DNA of 64,000 nt. It comes from Piedraia hortae CBS 480.64 (lineage: Eukaryota). The DNA lies in the NCBI GenBank assembly GCA_010093745.1, contig MU005996.1, positions 62,001 through 126,000 of the forward strand, in the 5' to 3' direction. A model generated the notes under the pieces. The model ran no database searches. It was not told where the DNA came from and saw only the letters and a list, made by a program, of their open reading frames with translations. The position numbers and the translations under genes were made by a program. Below, one piece after another: positions 1 through 12,260 of this stretch; position 1 is the stretch's first letter; every line of letters begins with the position of its first letter.

Positions 1-2283
1 GGTCCACCAACCTCATATGAACTCTCAACTATGCCTTTGCACCGTCTTTCGAGAGATCCTGAAGCAATTGGACAGAGTGTAGAGTGCGAATATGGGGAAG
101 ACAGCGTCAATCCTTGCGAGCTGGCAAATTCAACTTGCAGTGTTCCTTTTGAAGTGATGGTGATTTGTGATATCAGGCGATCAGCGCGCAGGAATCACCA
201 GCAGTGGATACCGCGAAAGTGTGAGGTCTAATAATGAGCAATTCAAGCTAACATTCTGACAGGGCCCTGTCCCTCTGTGTTTTGCATTCTACTACATTCC
301 CTAACATCAGATTGTTTTGCACAGCGGGCCGATATTCAACTTCTAGTCAAAACAGGCAGTCGGCTTATAATTGAGCTTTACGGCATCTCATCGATGCCAA
401 AATGAACGACTCTTTTACGTGACATTCGCGCCAGGGTACTTGTAGCGATGCGAAAACTCATCATTGGAGTAATAAATTCGTTATGCTTCCTGTTTTTATC
501 CTCATTGATCTGTAAGACGTATCGCATTGAAGTTATTGGTCAAAGAGCGATGAGTTGGCGAGAAAATGCGCAACTAGGTGAGATGCGAAAGTATGTGTCA
601 CTTTACTTACCTTAAGCGTTCTGATTAGCTCGGCATCGCTCGGGAGATAAATGCCAAACTCTGTCCATTGGCTACCTTGGGGGGGACGATCATGTGACCG
701 ACCTGATTGTGGATGGATATTTCGATGTGGAAATTCTTAAAGCTTCATAGCATTACCTTGTCATGGAATCCAACGTTCAGCCAGGCCTGTCAACCAACCT
801 ACCCCACATCCTGTAATCTGTCAAGAGCATTTCCACGCCACACCTCAATTTGTGAAGCACTCAGCTGCATGCTATGCATTCACATAACTCTTCACCCCAA
901 TCATCACAGTTTCAGAAGACAAGATGCCAGTCAAACTCTTTGGACTACACAGCCATAATCCAGGCACAAAGCAAAGCCAAAAGAACACCGTGCCAGCCAG
1001 CTGCGCCCACACCAACTACCGCGAAAACTCAACCCTCGCCAGATTGATGGCTCTTATCGCGCCAGCGAAGCAAGCCCTGCGCTCCGCAAGACGCAAGTTG
1101 AGCAGCAGCGGAAGCGCCAGTCTCAGAAGCATTGGTTTCAAGCTCCGAAAGATTTCGTCTAATCGTTCATCAGCTCCAAGCTCCGGCGACAACTCGAGCG
1201 TCAACCCAGCTTATCTACGTTGTAATTCGACAATACCGGCGCTGCCGCCCGTTGTCAATGATTATCATCTGGAGAGTTTGATGATGAAGACTGCCGATAC
1301 TGAAACGAAACGCCCTCATGGGCGGGCGGGGAGGCCGCGAGAAGTCGAGAAGTTACAGCGTATGGCTAAGGGATTGAATTGGAAAGACATTCGGGTTTTT
1401 GACGATGGCGGGGCTGTGATTCCAGTCAAACAGATTCATCCGCCGCATGGAGAATTGTTGTGGTGATCGATGCTTATTTTCCTTCCCGTCTTTGCAATGA
1501 CTAGTGCGAAGGTTTCTTTGGACCCCTCCGGGGACGGCTGTCTGCAAAAGGGTGGAAAGAAGAATTGTAAAGGGTGTTGGAGGAGCTAAAAAATTGCGTA
1601 TAGATGAAGTATACAAAGAGTTTTAGCCCAACTCTTGATCGTTAGCCAATTTTTGTCGTGGCTTCTTTGTGGAAATTACAAGTAAATCTCTTGGCAGGCC
1701 GGTCCATGCCGGAAGCCGCACTTGCACTATCTATACTCTCCGTCTATCTCAATAGACCCAATCACATCAGACCTCCTAGCCCTGAAACCAGCGCAAATGA
1801 ACACCCCTGATAATCAGACCGTGGAATTGCGTCCACCACCTCTCCCCAGCGCGAGCTGCAACCAATCGATCACTCACGCCCACCATCCCTAGGTGACCCA
1901 GGAGAAACCTGCAGAACGCACCACCACCTACATCCCCCAACACACCCACGAATCTCCGAACAGTCATGTCTTCAAAAGGAGTCCGCCGAACCCGGCCCTT
2001 CAGACCGGTGTGACTTCGTACCCAGGACAAAATATTCTTGATGGAGTTGTTCTTTGCCTGCACAGTTCCGTCAGACGTGCCTCAAGCATTAAAGGTGTTG
2101 TGCAGGTCGCCGCGGAGCGATCAGCACGTGATGACCCACACCCCTAACCAGGGTTCGGGCACTTAGGAACTTTCTCTTGTAGCTCTAGATACGCGTGTAT
2201 ATGGACACACCTGCGAGATGCGTCTGCTTATTAAAACAAGAGGTATAATTACGCGGACGGGTGCTCCTTGAAGACCTGCTCGC

Positions 2284-2645
2284 TGTAGAGATTTAGATCT
2301 CGTGGGTGAGAGTGCACAGCGACCCGAAGAGGACGGAGCGATAGACGGAATCAGGAACAGGAAAGATGTAGATGTATGTGAGTCAAAAATACCAGTTGCA
2401 GCATGGTAGTGTGAAATGACTATTCTTAATAAGGGGACGTTCAGAATGAAAATTCTGTACCGGTGGGCCGGTGACGTCACGTCGTACACTAGCGGGGCGT
2501 ATTCACCATGTCACATATGACATGACCCTGAGGGAAAACCTCTGTGAGGAAAAAACCTAGGGTGCCGCTGGTAGTGTAGGAGGTATCGCTGACTTGCTAT
2601 GCAAGTGCCCTGCATACGCGCTAGCGGCGATGCTTGAATCCAACA
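2284..2645. mobile_element. Solo LTR (TG...CA) with 5-bp target-site duplication CTCGC
   Basis: Begins TGTAG (2284) and ends TCCAACA (2645). CTCGC lies at 2279-2283 and 2646-2650. A diverged second copy is at 3461-4069. Confidence 0.85.
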
Positions 2646-3099
2646 CTCGCTGCCGCCCCCCGTTGTAATTAAGGGACAATGCGAAATTCATCCAGCCGCA
2701 CCGAAGGAGGTCCAGAAGATGCACCACGAAGAAGCATTTACAGCGGCGAGGAAGGAGAGAGGCCCGGAATCCGGGGGACAAGATTAAGGGGAAGGAGCCC
2801 GCGCTAGAAGCCATTGAGGAGGAAGAATCTTATGAGGAGACTGCGGCTATTATCAAGAGGGTGTTGGGAGAATATGGCAAGAAAGGAGGGCCTTGTGACG
2901 ACAGCAAAGGACGAGGCATCAAGCGCAAAAGGAAAGGGAAGACGATAGAGTAAATTAGTAGTTCTCCATTATGGAGTTTCGTGTAGTGGTTGCAAGTTAA
3001 ACTTGTTAGAATGGCTTTCAAAGGTGGAGATGGATAAATATACCAGCTCAGTAAAGCGGACGTACATTTCAGGTAGACGTTACGAGCTGATGAGGAACC

Positions 3100-3290
3100 T
3101 ATGAAGAGAATAGACCGCACTTGGGGCGCATTGCACGATATAAGCCCATGGTTCCAGGCAGACTAAAAATGGCGAAGATGTTTCCAGGACGTGAAAGGCA
3201 ATCGTGCCAATGGGAGCTTTGACAGTAACTGGGCCAATCAATGAAATTACCGAGCCATGTTCGAATTGCGGCGACATGCCCTGATGTTGA
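3100..3290 (-). pseudogene. Decayed LTR-retrotransposon pol (protease-region) fragment
   Basis: Translation GSVISLIGPVTVKAPIGTIAFHVLETSSPFLVCL resembles the 'TPIG.I.FHV....TPFLLCL' segment of fungal retrotransposon polyproteins. It sits between LTR copies with no intact ORF. Confidence 0.55.
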
Positions 3291-3294
3291 ATAG

Positions 3295-3411
3295 AGTTAA
3301 AGGGCACGAACTGATAGTGTGAGTACACTAAGACATGAATAATAGTATTGTTAAATATGCTGCATACATAAGGACGTTGTACATGGTCATCACGTGACAC
3401 ATCCTTTAACT
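3295..3411. mobile_element. 117-bp mini-element with AGTT...AACT inverted ends
   Basis: AGTTAAAGG...CCTTTAACT, flanked by ATAG on both sides. Homologous to 3819-3937 and, in reverse orientation, to 3599-3686 and 53974-54061. Confidence 0.8.
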
Positions 3412-3598
3412 ATAGTCCAATTACCTCAATGCTCGGATTTCCGCGCTTCAGGGTAAGAGATGTAGCGATAGGACTATCGTGGATGGTAGTGCGCAGCGAC
3501 CCCAACTGGAAGGACGTAGCGATAGAGGGAGATCAACGACAGGGACAGGAAAGACACAAGTTGATAGGAGTCAACACCAGAGTCTATGTGACAGTGTG

Positions 3599-3686
3599 AG
3601 TTGAAGTATGTGTCACGTGATGACTACGTACAACGTCCTTATGTATGCAGCACATATAATATACTATTAGCTCGTTTCCTTTAACT
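3599..3686. mobile_element. 88-bp mini-element nested in LTR, TSD GTGTG
   Basis: AGTTGAAG...CCTTTAACT, with GTGTG at 3594-3598 and 3687-3691. 83/88 identical to 53974-54061. Confidence 0.85.
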
Positions 3687-3818
3687 GTGTGTGGCTGTCT
3701 ACGAGGAGACGTCAGAATAAATATTGTGTACCGGTGGGCCGGTGACGTCACGTCGTGATATGAGTTATCTATGACTCACCAGCCTACAGTAGCAGAGAGC
3801 ATTCGCCATGCCACGTGT

Positions 3819-3937
3819 AGTTAAAGGGGTCGAACTGATAGTGCGAGTACACTGAGATGTGAATGTATGTATAGTTATCTGTACTGCGTACATGAGGGGA
3901 CGTTGATCATGATCATCACGTGACACATCCTTCAACT
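3819..3937. mobile_element. 119-bp mini-element nested in LTR, TSD CGTGT/CATGT
   Basis: AGTTAAAGG...CCTTCAACT. The empty site (single CATAT) is visible in the other LTR copy near 2514. Confidence 0.85.
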
Positions 3938-5089
3938 CATGTGACATGACCCTGGGGGAAAACCTCTGGGAAAAAAAAACCAAGGGTGCAGCCGTTAGTG
4001 TAGGGGCATAGCTGACTTGCTGTGCAAATTGTCCCACATACGCGCTAGCGGCGATGCTTGACTCCAACAAGAGGTTGATTCTTTCTTGCCCTTGATGGAT
4101 CGGCAGCCCGGGAATCCCACATGCTCCCTTGAAAACATTGAGAATGCCGTTTCTCAATCATGAACATGGCAAAATGGATTTCTGTTTGTAACTTGAATAA
4201 TTATGACCCGTCATCCGGTGAATGAATGCTTCGACCGTTAGACTCCCGTCTCATCATCCACGTACGCTTCATCGACATAGTTGTTTTAGCAATTTTTTTC
4301 CATTTAATTGTCTTCGTACCATGTATAATATCCTGTAAAGTCGCTTTGGTCATATATTGAAACTTGGCCAGTTGAGATTTACCTGACGTGTGCTTGGTTG
4401 ACTAGCACTTCTCCTCATGGCACACAAAGCATCTTTTCCTCCATTAGCGGCGGACTGACGGCCTTACTTGATGATTCCCTTGGGATTGGTAGTAATGTGA
4501 CATGGAGCGGCGATGGGAAATATCCGTATGGTAGGACTCATACAAGAGAACACGATTCTCTTCGTGAGTGTTGTCGCACGGCTGGCCATTATACTTCCTG
4601 GCCAAATCGAACGCCTTTACGATGTGGTGATCATTGGTTAGATCCAACCTTTCGTTGAATGTGAATCGCACGGAAGATCTCGAAAGGGTCATAGTCGGTT
4701 GCGAATGGCTCAAGGCAATTTCGCTTTGGTGGTGGGAGAGAGAAACGGAATTTTGTTGTAGAATGCTTGGCGCCAATCTGGGAAACGTCATGCAAATTTC
4801 ACACGTGGCTTTTTCAAGCTGATGCCCAACGTCGAGATCTATCCGCAGATGTAGCTCAACCAGTCTGCATTGGCCTTTACCTTTGATTCTTTCAATGATT
4901 TCAGGTTGAGAATGCAGCTCCACACATAGGCAATTGCTCCTGCAGGTACTCATTTTGTTATTGCATAGAAACCACAATCACCTAGTCGGCCATAACAGGC
5001 TTTTGAAAACAACATTAGCATTAAGGATACATGTACAAGGGTCGCAATGATGCTTAGATAATTACATTGTTGGAGAGAGCAAAGGCGAA

Positions 5090-5686
5090 CTACCGCCTTG
5101 GGGCAGCATCTGGCGTCCAAATTTCAGGTTGCCAGCTATCACCAGGGTTGCCCTTAGGGTGATGTGATGTATCACCTTTCTTCGTGCTGTTGAATTTGGG
5201 AGATTTCGCCCGAGTTTCGTCTGGAGTTGGAATCGGCGCCTGACTATCTTGAAGCGAAGTGGTAGGCTGTGGCTGCAGCTTTTCCGGCGAATCGAGGTAC
5301 GAGGGGAGGGCTTTCCACCTCTCATCGGCTCTTTCAGCTAGCATCTTCATGGTGGCCTGTCTCGAAATTTCATGCTGTTGCTCTGCAATGGTAGGCGCTT
5401 CTTTCCTGGCATGACGCAGCCACTGCATCCATTGCGCTGTATATGTCAGCGTTTATGCAGCTTTTACAGACACATGGGACTCACGCGAGACTTGAATATC
5501 TGAGAAATACGCTGCATTCTTATGCTTGACAATCCTCCGCAAGCGCTGCGAACTAATGGTATCCTTAAACTCCCAAAATGTGTTACCATCGAGGTCGAGT
5601 CCTACAAAAAATCGCTTTCTCCAGGGCAGACGCAGAGCCTTCCATCGGTACCAGAGGCTCCTAACGGGCGAAGGCATTGCTGCCAT
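5090..5686 (-). CDS. NDUFA12-family complex I protein (probably the NDUFAF2/N7BML-type assembly factor); 2 exons, intron 5437-5484
   Basis: WKALRLPWRKRFFVGLDLDGNTFWEF...RRIV...VSPQWMQWLRHARKEAPT. A GTGAGT...GCTGAC...ACAG intron joins the two ORFs in frame. Confidence 0.85.
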
Positions 5687-5691
5687 GCACT

Positions 5692-5760
5692 TCGTGTGAC
5701 GTGTGATGTGTGACGTGTGACGTGACAGAAGATGACGTCACTGCTCTAATGACCACGTGC
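5692..5760. promoter_or_regulatory. Bidirectional promoter with tandem GTGTGAC repeats, a perfect CRE (TGACGTCA, 5733-5740) and CACGTG (5754-5759)
   Basis: Motifs seen directly in the ~200-bp gap between the divergent NDUFA12-like and GET3 starts. Function is inferred. Confidence 0.4.
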
Positions 5761-5890
5761 ACGTTAACGAGGTCTGTGGATAGACAGAAAGGACAAGTAG
5801 AGACGTGCCAAGAAATCTATTCCAAGCGACAAACGTGACATCATCTCCACCACCACTCTTCCCAACCGCAGTGCAACAGTAGATCAAAAA

Positions 5891-6943
5891 ATGGCGGAGG
5901 AAAGCGAAATGGAGCCGTCGTTGAAGCCGATTGTTGACCAAAAGAGCCTCAAATGGATCTTCGTGGGCGGCAAGGGCGGAGTGGGCAAGACAACGACGTC
6001 GTGCTCGCTGGCGGTGCAAATGGCCAAGGTGCGGAAGAGCGTGCTGCTCATTTCCACCGATCCCGCGCACAACCTGAGCGACGCATTTGAAATGAAGTTT
6101 GGAAAAGATGCACGACCGGTAAAGGGCGTCGACGGCCTGGCCGCTATGGAGATCGATCCCAACGGCAGCATCAACGATTTAATTAGTGCCGGTGGCGATG
6201 ACGCCCAGAACGCAATGCAAGGCCTGGGCGGAGTGGGCAACATGATGCAGGAAATGGCCTTTAGCATTCCTGGTGTCGACGAGGCCATGTCATTTGCAGA
6301 AGTGCTGAAGCAGGTCAAGGGCATGGAGTACGATCTCATTATATTCGATACTGCGCCCACCGGTCACACTCTTCGCTTCCTCCAATTCCCTACTGTGCTG
6401 GAGAGAGCGCTTGAAAAGTTGAGCCAGCTGTCCCAGCAATTTGGTGGCATGATTGGCAACCTAGTGAATGCGCGCGGTGGCTTGCCCAATGGGCAGAGCT
6501 TTGACGACGTCCTTCGCCGAATGGAGGAGCTGAGGGATACCATTGGCGAGGTTAACAAGCAGTTCAAAAACCCGGATCTGACCACTTTTATCCCTGTCCT
6601 TATACCGGAGTTTCTGTCTCTATATGAAACGGAAAGGATGATCCAAGAACTTGGTAATTACGAGATCGATACCCACGCCATGGTCGTCAACCAGTTGCTG
6701 TTCCCGAAGAAGGTACGTTTTCTTCAAGCGCTGTAACCCGTCTAACATTTCTAGGATAATCCATGTGAGCAGTGCAATTCCAGACGCAAGATGCAAAGGA
6801 AATATCTCGAGCAAATTGACGATTTGTATGGCGAAGACTTTCACGTCGTGAAGATGCCACTGCTTGTCAACGAGGTGCGAGGTGTGGAGGGCATCAGCAA
6901 ATTTTCTGAAATGCTCGTCAAACCGTATCAGCCGCCGCAGTAA
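5891..6943 (+). CDS. GET3: GET3/ArsA-family ATPase for tail-anchored protein insertion; intron 6713-6754
   Basis: [11 protein letters not shown]-loop, [36 protein letters not shown]. The spliced 3' exon gives CEQC...[11 protein letters not shown]. Confidence 0.97.
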
Positions 6944-9233
6944 TCGGGACCAAGGACCCTTAGATGTGCGTTTGATAGTTTGATAACGAATTTTTCTCCT
7001 CAGATGCGATAGAAATTAGCTTGGAATTGGAAGCAACAATGTCCACATTGTTGGCATGAAGCGCTGTTTCTGTGAGCATATACCATATGAGTGTCTGAGA
7101 TTTTGTCCAAGTTATCAAGCCAAACCGCTTTGGTCACTCAAAATTTTGGGAAGAGATGCTCAAGTTGTAACAATGAGTAACATCTTTGCAATGCGTATCC
7201 AACCGAGCAAAAGTCAAAATACCTAATCCGGGAAGCTTCAATGTGAACCCACACGAAGAAAACATGAAACTTAAAAATATTCATGCTGTCCGAAAGATAC
7301 AATTGTACATTTGCCTGGTGTTTTGGAATTGCTCAAAGTCGAAAGTCCTGTAACAGGAAGGTGGGCTAAGCTCCATTCGACAGGGGCTGTTCGACTATTA
7401 CCAGAATTTGTTCATGTGCTGCGAAACACCAAGCCGTTCATATGACCAAACACTCCAGATTAAATGAGTCTCCGAGTCGCATCGCAAACTACCTCACACG
7501 ATGCAACTTTTCAAGCAGTCTCGTCTTCTACTCAAAATAAGACGTTTTCAGAACATATAATGGATCGAACACACCGCATGCCTGGCTGGGATTATGGCCA
7601 TAGGGACAGATATACCCGGACTCTCTGTGAGCCGATGTGCGGGACCAAGGTCTCATAGAGTCTTCACAAGCAATTGGGCAGGACATCCGCCTAGTCAAAC
7701 CCGTAAAATGTCACTACCATGCCCGTGTTGCGAAGCAGATGAAAAGCTCACGGCATCGAGCTCGAGATACCAAGGAGGGGACAGGATTTGCAGGCGAGGA
7801 ATAAAGAGGTACATACGTGTCCTCATGGACCTAGCCAGTTCAAGGACGGTTTTCCAACTCCAGTCGACGAGTTCCGATTCCTGCACGATGCTGACATTCT
7901 GCTCAATTTGGCCTGGTTTGCGTGAAAGTACTGACAGCGGCCGGTTCTGCGAGGTGTTTGACTTGTGGGGCGACGCCCGTTGGTGGCGATTTTGAGAGAG
8001 GGAAATATACGAGTTTGGGTGTTCAGCTGCGCTGATGAGCAGGGTAATGTCTCGTCGACGGCTGTTCCCGTAAAATTTCTGGAAGCCAGTTTGCGCTAAG
8101 TCACTTTCCTAATGTCTTGTTTTTTTCCAGTCAACCAGTTTGGTTTGGAATATATAACCATCACAAGAATGAGAGGTTTCTATAGCGAGCATCAACAGGA
8201 GCATTGATCTATCCACATAGTCGACAAGCTAGGATGACCCACAACATTCGCGTCCAAGCTGCACGTTTTCTGTACCTGGAATCCAACAATTTCGATTCAT
8301 CGTCCAGAGCATGCAATTTCCTCCCTCTACAAATCAATTACAACGTAGGCCGATCAGAGTTTCAATCAAAAAACCTCTTGTCTGGGACGCATGACCATTG
8401 AACTGCAGACCAACCTCAATGCACTATCATATCTGCTCAGTATTGGTTCTAACGTTGATCCTTTCAATCATGATTTGAAAACACGTTCCCCTCAGACGCT
8501 CTTTATTGATCCCCACCCCCAATTTTGCTCTTCCTCATCATCCCACACTGTATTTGGATTATACAGTGACCTTCTCCATTAAAAAGGCCAATTCCCTCAC
8601 AAAAGAACCAGCCCGTTTTCATGAACACACAATCTGACAGATCAACCAAGAAAGCTCCCGATGATGTTACAATCAATCCTGCTTCAAGCAATAAAAGTAA
8701 TCCAATCCAAGTCATACATTCTCTCACCTTGACACCACTAATCCATGTCTACCTCTTCCAGTTGACAATCTTAAACAGAAACTATTACGGAATATTCACT
8801 GCAAGTCAGCGTATTGTCTCCATCGTGCGGGAAAATCTTTGGCACCGGTCCATAGACATGGACAAGATGAGGCGAGAGATCTGCCCAAATCGCTTGCAGG
8901 GAGAAAGATGGCTTGAATGAGAGCACAGCGGTTTAGCTCCCTTAGAGGAACCTGCACTCGCGAAGTCTTTTATCTTCAACGTCATGATGCGCATTTAGAG
9001 AATCTGGCATCCAAGGTCAGAGTTGGGTTTTATAGACTCACTCTTACATTCAGATACCTGTGATGTCCAGTATTTTTCCCTCGCCTGTAATGAAAGCTGT
9101 GGACCCTCTTCATGAACCGTCCGTCTACAAATATACCCACCTGGATTTCTGAGCTGATCATCGCCAAGGGCATTGAATTCTCCTATCTCATGCAGATATC
9201 TGAGAGGGCTGCACGCATACCAACCCAACCTCA

Positions 9234-10250
9234 TCACCTCTGTCCCCTCCTCCCCTCCAGTCCGCGAAGCGGACTACTCACCAACGAACTATCCAAGACC
9301 ACAGACGACGAGAGGTTAAAACTTGCCGGACTACGGGGCAGTGGGAGTTGCTGCTGAGCTCTCCTAAATCTCCCCTGCAGCGATGCGCCCTCACCCTGCG
9401 GTGCGGTGCGAGAATTGGGTCTCGGTCTGAGACCTGTACTCTGCACCAAAGAATCCTGCAATGACGAACCATCCGCAAAGGAGTTCTCTTCATCACCCTC
9501 CTCTTGTTCAGAGTCTGTGTGTTGATAACTCCCCGCCTCGGGGATAGAGTCATCAAGGTCACGTTCAATGCCAAGGTCCTCTTCGTCGCGGACAACACCC
9601 GTGAGCTCTGCTTCTTCAAGGTAGAGAGCCATTTCGCCTTCCTCGTCTTCTTCGGCATCGGGGTCATTGCCCACGCCGCGACGACGCGGGGTTGTGTTCT
9701 GTAGACGACTGTTGCCGTCGACCATGCTTTCTTCGTTGAAACTAACGTCGGGGTCTGTGGCCTCGATACCACTGAGTTCTGCGGCTTCGGGGATATCGTC
9801 GTCAAGGTTGTGTTCTGTGGTTGCTTCTTCCGCGGCGGCTTGGCCGGCGGCGCGCGCTTCTTCTTGTTGTTGGCGTGCTTGGAGGTCGGCCATGTTTTGC
9901 TCCTGGCGGGCGAGTTCTTCGGCTTCGAGACGCTCTGCTTCTTCCTCGTTCATGGCTTGTAGGGTTTTGGAGATTCCGGGTGGCCGGATCCACGCGGCGC
10001 CAAAGGTCTGGATGGCCACTTTGCGCTGCTCGACGGCATCCTCTTCCGCTGCAAGTTGCGCAGCAGCCGATTTAGCGACGAGGGCTTTGCGCTCTTCATC
10101 GCGACGTTGTTGCGCGAGGCGGTTCGCGTGTGTGAGTTGGGGTGCGGCCGTCGAGGCAGAGAATGGCGGAGGCGAATCGGGTCGTGCTTGGGGGAATCGC
10201 AGCGCTGTCGCTGGATCGCCGGGTGGCGGCAAGATAGGGAGGGAGAACAT
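9234..10250 (-). CDS. Apc15/Mnd2-like anaphase-promoting complex subunit
   Basis: FGAAWIRPPGISKTL, repeated DLDDxIPEA and SYQHTDSE motifs; acidic single-exon ORF. Confidence 0.75.
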   Translation of the reverse strand: MFSLPILPPPGDPATALRFPQARPDSPPPFSASTAAPQLTHANRLAQQRRDEERKALVAKSAAAQLAAEEDAVEQRKVAIQTFGAAWIRPPGISKTLQAMNEEEAERLEAEELARQEQNMADLQARQQQEEARAAGQAAAEEATTEHNLDDDIPEAAELSGIEATDPDVSFNEESMVDGNSRLQNTTPRRRGVGNDPDAEEDEEGEMALYLEEAELTGVVRDEEDLGIERDLDDSIPEAGSYQHTDSEQEEGDEENSFADGSSLQDSLVQSTGLRPRPNSRTAPQGEGASLQGRFRRAQQQLPLPRSPASFNLSSSVVLDSSLVSSPLRGLEGRRGQR

Positions 10251-10440
10251 TGCGTAATCCTACGAGACTGCGCGGTCGTTTGATTGCCATGGTACAAATA
10301 GCAACAATGACATCAGAGGTGTTGTTGGCGGGGCATTCCCCGAGTCGACGACTTCCATTTAGGAAGGAGCGGTACCCACTTTGAAAATTTGCACCAGATG
10401 AGACGGTCAGTTTAGATGATTAGTGGAATGTCATTAATAA

Positions 10441-11744
10441 CTACTTCCTCCCGCCCCTCGACCTCCCATTTGTGATGTTGGAAAGATTATTGACCGGAGC
10501 ATACTTGTAGAGGGGCAGAGAGGTGTCCTCGGCGTAAACACGCCTGCCCTGTGTAGGCTGAGCCAGGATCTTCTGGCGCTTCTCAGCCGCAAGTGCCAGT
10601 CGATCAGTCTGGGAGAGACCCTGCGATGCTGCCTGGAAAGCAGACGCCTGTGGGTCATATCTGCGAGTTTCAATAGGCAAACTGCGGTGATCTTTGCGTT
10701 TGCCGAGAACAACACCCATCCATTCCGTCATCAGCTTTTCTGCCTGGCGCTTGATTTCCGGCTGTGGCTGGATAGATTTAGTGTAGAATAGCACAACCTT
10801 GCCGATGCCAGACGCAACGAGAGCTTCCTTACCAATCGGCAGCTTACCCAGGATGGAGAAGAGCTCACGCTGGATGCGATAATTAGGCAAAGCGGCGTCC
10901 TGATTGGCCGGCTCAAGCATGAAACGCACCGCCTCGAGCAGATTGATATCCGGGTCGACCAGCTGTGATTGAATAGTATTCTTGTTCAGAAGCTCGACGA
11001 CCTCCGGTAGGATTTCAAGCTTGTGTGTTGCGATTTCGTTGTTGGCACGCGCATACGAATCCAGTTCGCAAGCTTTCGCCATTCGTTGCCGCATGTTCTC
11101 AATCTCCCGGTCAGCCATAACCTCGAGATCCACATCCCCGCGACGGCGAGCACGGGGCCGATGGCTCTGTAGCGCTTCATCCATGCGCCTGTCCAGGTCT
11201 CTACGACGGCCTGTTCTGGTTAGCATGTCGGATATCTTGCAACTGGCATCCACTTACGCTCCTCTGGGGTCAAAAGCTCCTCATTGACCTCTGAAATTCT
11301 AGCCGTGGCACGCCTTGCCGTCCCCGCGCGGCTCTTGCGCTCACGTTTGCCAGACGTCTGCTCACCGGCGACAAAGTCATCATCACCATCGTCTTTGCGC
11401 TCCTTCCTTCCTTTGGCACGTCGGCTCTGTTTCTTCTTCTTCTTTCGCTCGACATCTTCGTCCTCTGTACGCTTGCGTTTGTGCACTCCCAGCAAGGCCA
11501 CATTGTCGGCATCCACAGCGATCGGCTTATCGGGAATGTTCAGCGCATTAGGATCAATGTCCTCAAACTCTTTCTCATCCAGCTCTTCCAGTTCAGATTC
11601 ATCGTCCGAATAAAAATCGCCCATGGCATTCTCAGTATCCGCGGCAGGGGAAGCCACAGCCGACGTAGACTTCTCCGCTTCGCCAACTTGCAGCTCTTCC
11701 TGATCAATCGCTGGCGATCCTGGTGGCATCTCTGTTTTGTCCAT
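10441..11744 (-). CDS. IWS1: Transcription elongation factor IWS1/SPN1; intron 11211-11257
   Basis: Acidic/basic N-terminus plus TFIIS-N domain (NLLEAVRFMLEP..D.ALPNYRIQRELF, LVASGIGKVVLFYTK). The intron joins the two ORFs in frame. Confidence 0.93.
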
Positions 11745-11922
11745 TGTTGATCAAGCGTAGAAGGAGGCTGATGTTCAGTGGCAGTTGTGCGTGACAGAGT
11801 GAGGTCGGATTAGGCTTAGGATTGGCTCGTTTCATTGATATTTAGGGTTAGAACGGCCGACGACGACGAAATCCTTCGACCGCTGCTGTCTTTGCTGTCA
11901 CTGCTGTGCTAAACCATAGAGG

Positions 11923-12167
11923 ATGTTTAATCGTGGGTAGACCTCTCTGATTAAGGCTGTTCAGACTGACCCAAGCACAGCCGGTCTCCCGTCAGCGGAG
12001 GAGTTGAAGAAGATGGAACAGGATGCCAAATTCACGGCTTACTCGGGCTTGTTCACCTGTGTACTTCTCTATCTGTGTAAGTCGTTGGAACTGATTGTCA
12101 TTGGAGTACTCGACCTAATCGCGTCAAAGCGCCTCATGCAATCGAATATGTTAGGAAGCTGGTATGA
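11923..12167 (+). CDS. TOM5: Mitochondrial import receptor subunit Tom5 (47 aa, 3 exons; introns 11933-11980 and 12077-12129)
   Basis: Spliced product MFNPGLPSAEELKKMEQDAKFTAYSGLFTCVLLYLSPHAIEYVRKLV matches the filamentous-fungal Tom5 pattern (MF...S.EEL..E.....LLYLSP..I..V.KL). Confidence 0.88.
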
Positions 12168-12260
12168 TGGGTGTACATTGACCAGGCGTTCTACAAAGCT
12201 GTGGGACTGCCGTGTACTGTTAGACTGTCTCGACTAGAACCGCCATCTTCGCGTAATAAC

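Larger units (their letters stand above)
3461..4069. mobile_element. Solo LTR, same family as 2284-2645, carrying two nested mini-elements
   Basis: TGTAG start and TCCAACA end. Flanks AGAGA/AGAGG are a TSD with one mismatch. Shares blocks such as CCGGTGGGCCGGTGACGTCACGTCGT and CATACGCGCTAGCGGCGATGCTTGA with the first copy. Confidence 0.8.

Noticed and set aside
924..1466. 180-aa ORF and overlapping antisense ORF
   Set aside because: No recognisable motif or convincing gene structure; left unannotated.
2284..4069. A single intact LTR retrotransposon
   Set aside because: Each LTR has its own TSD and the interior lacks a gag-pol ORF.
4444..4977. 177-aa minus-strand ORF
   Set aside because: Non-ATG start and no recognisable domain; could be a relic but is unsupported.
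7000..9200. Possible old repeat or pseudogene; faint resemblance of 8450-8650 to the reverse complement of 50470-50940
   Set aside because: Similarity is too weak to establish by eye; needs an alignment.
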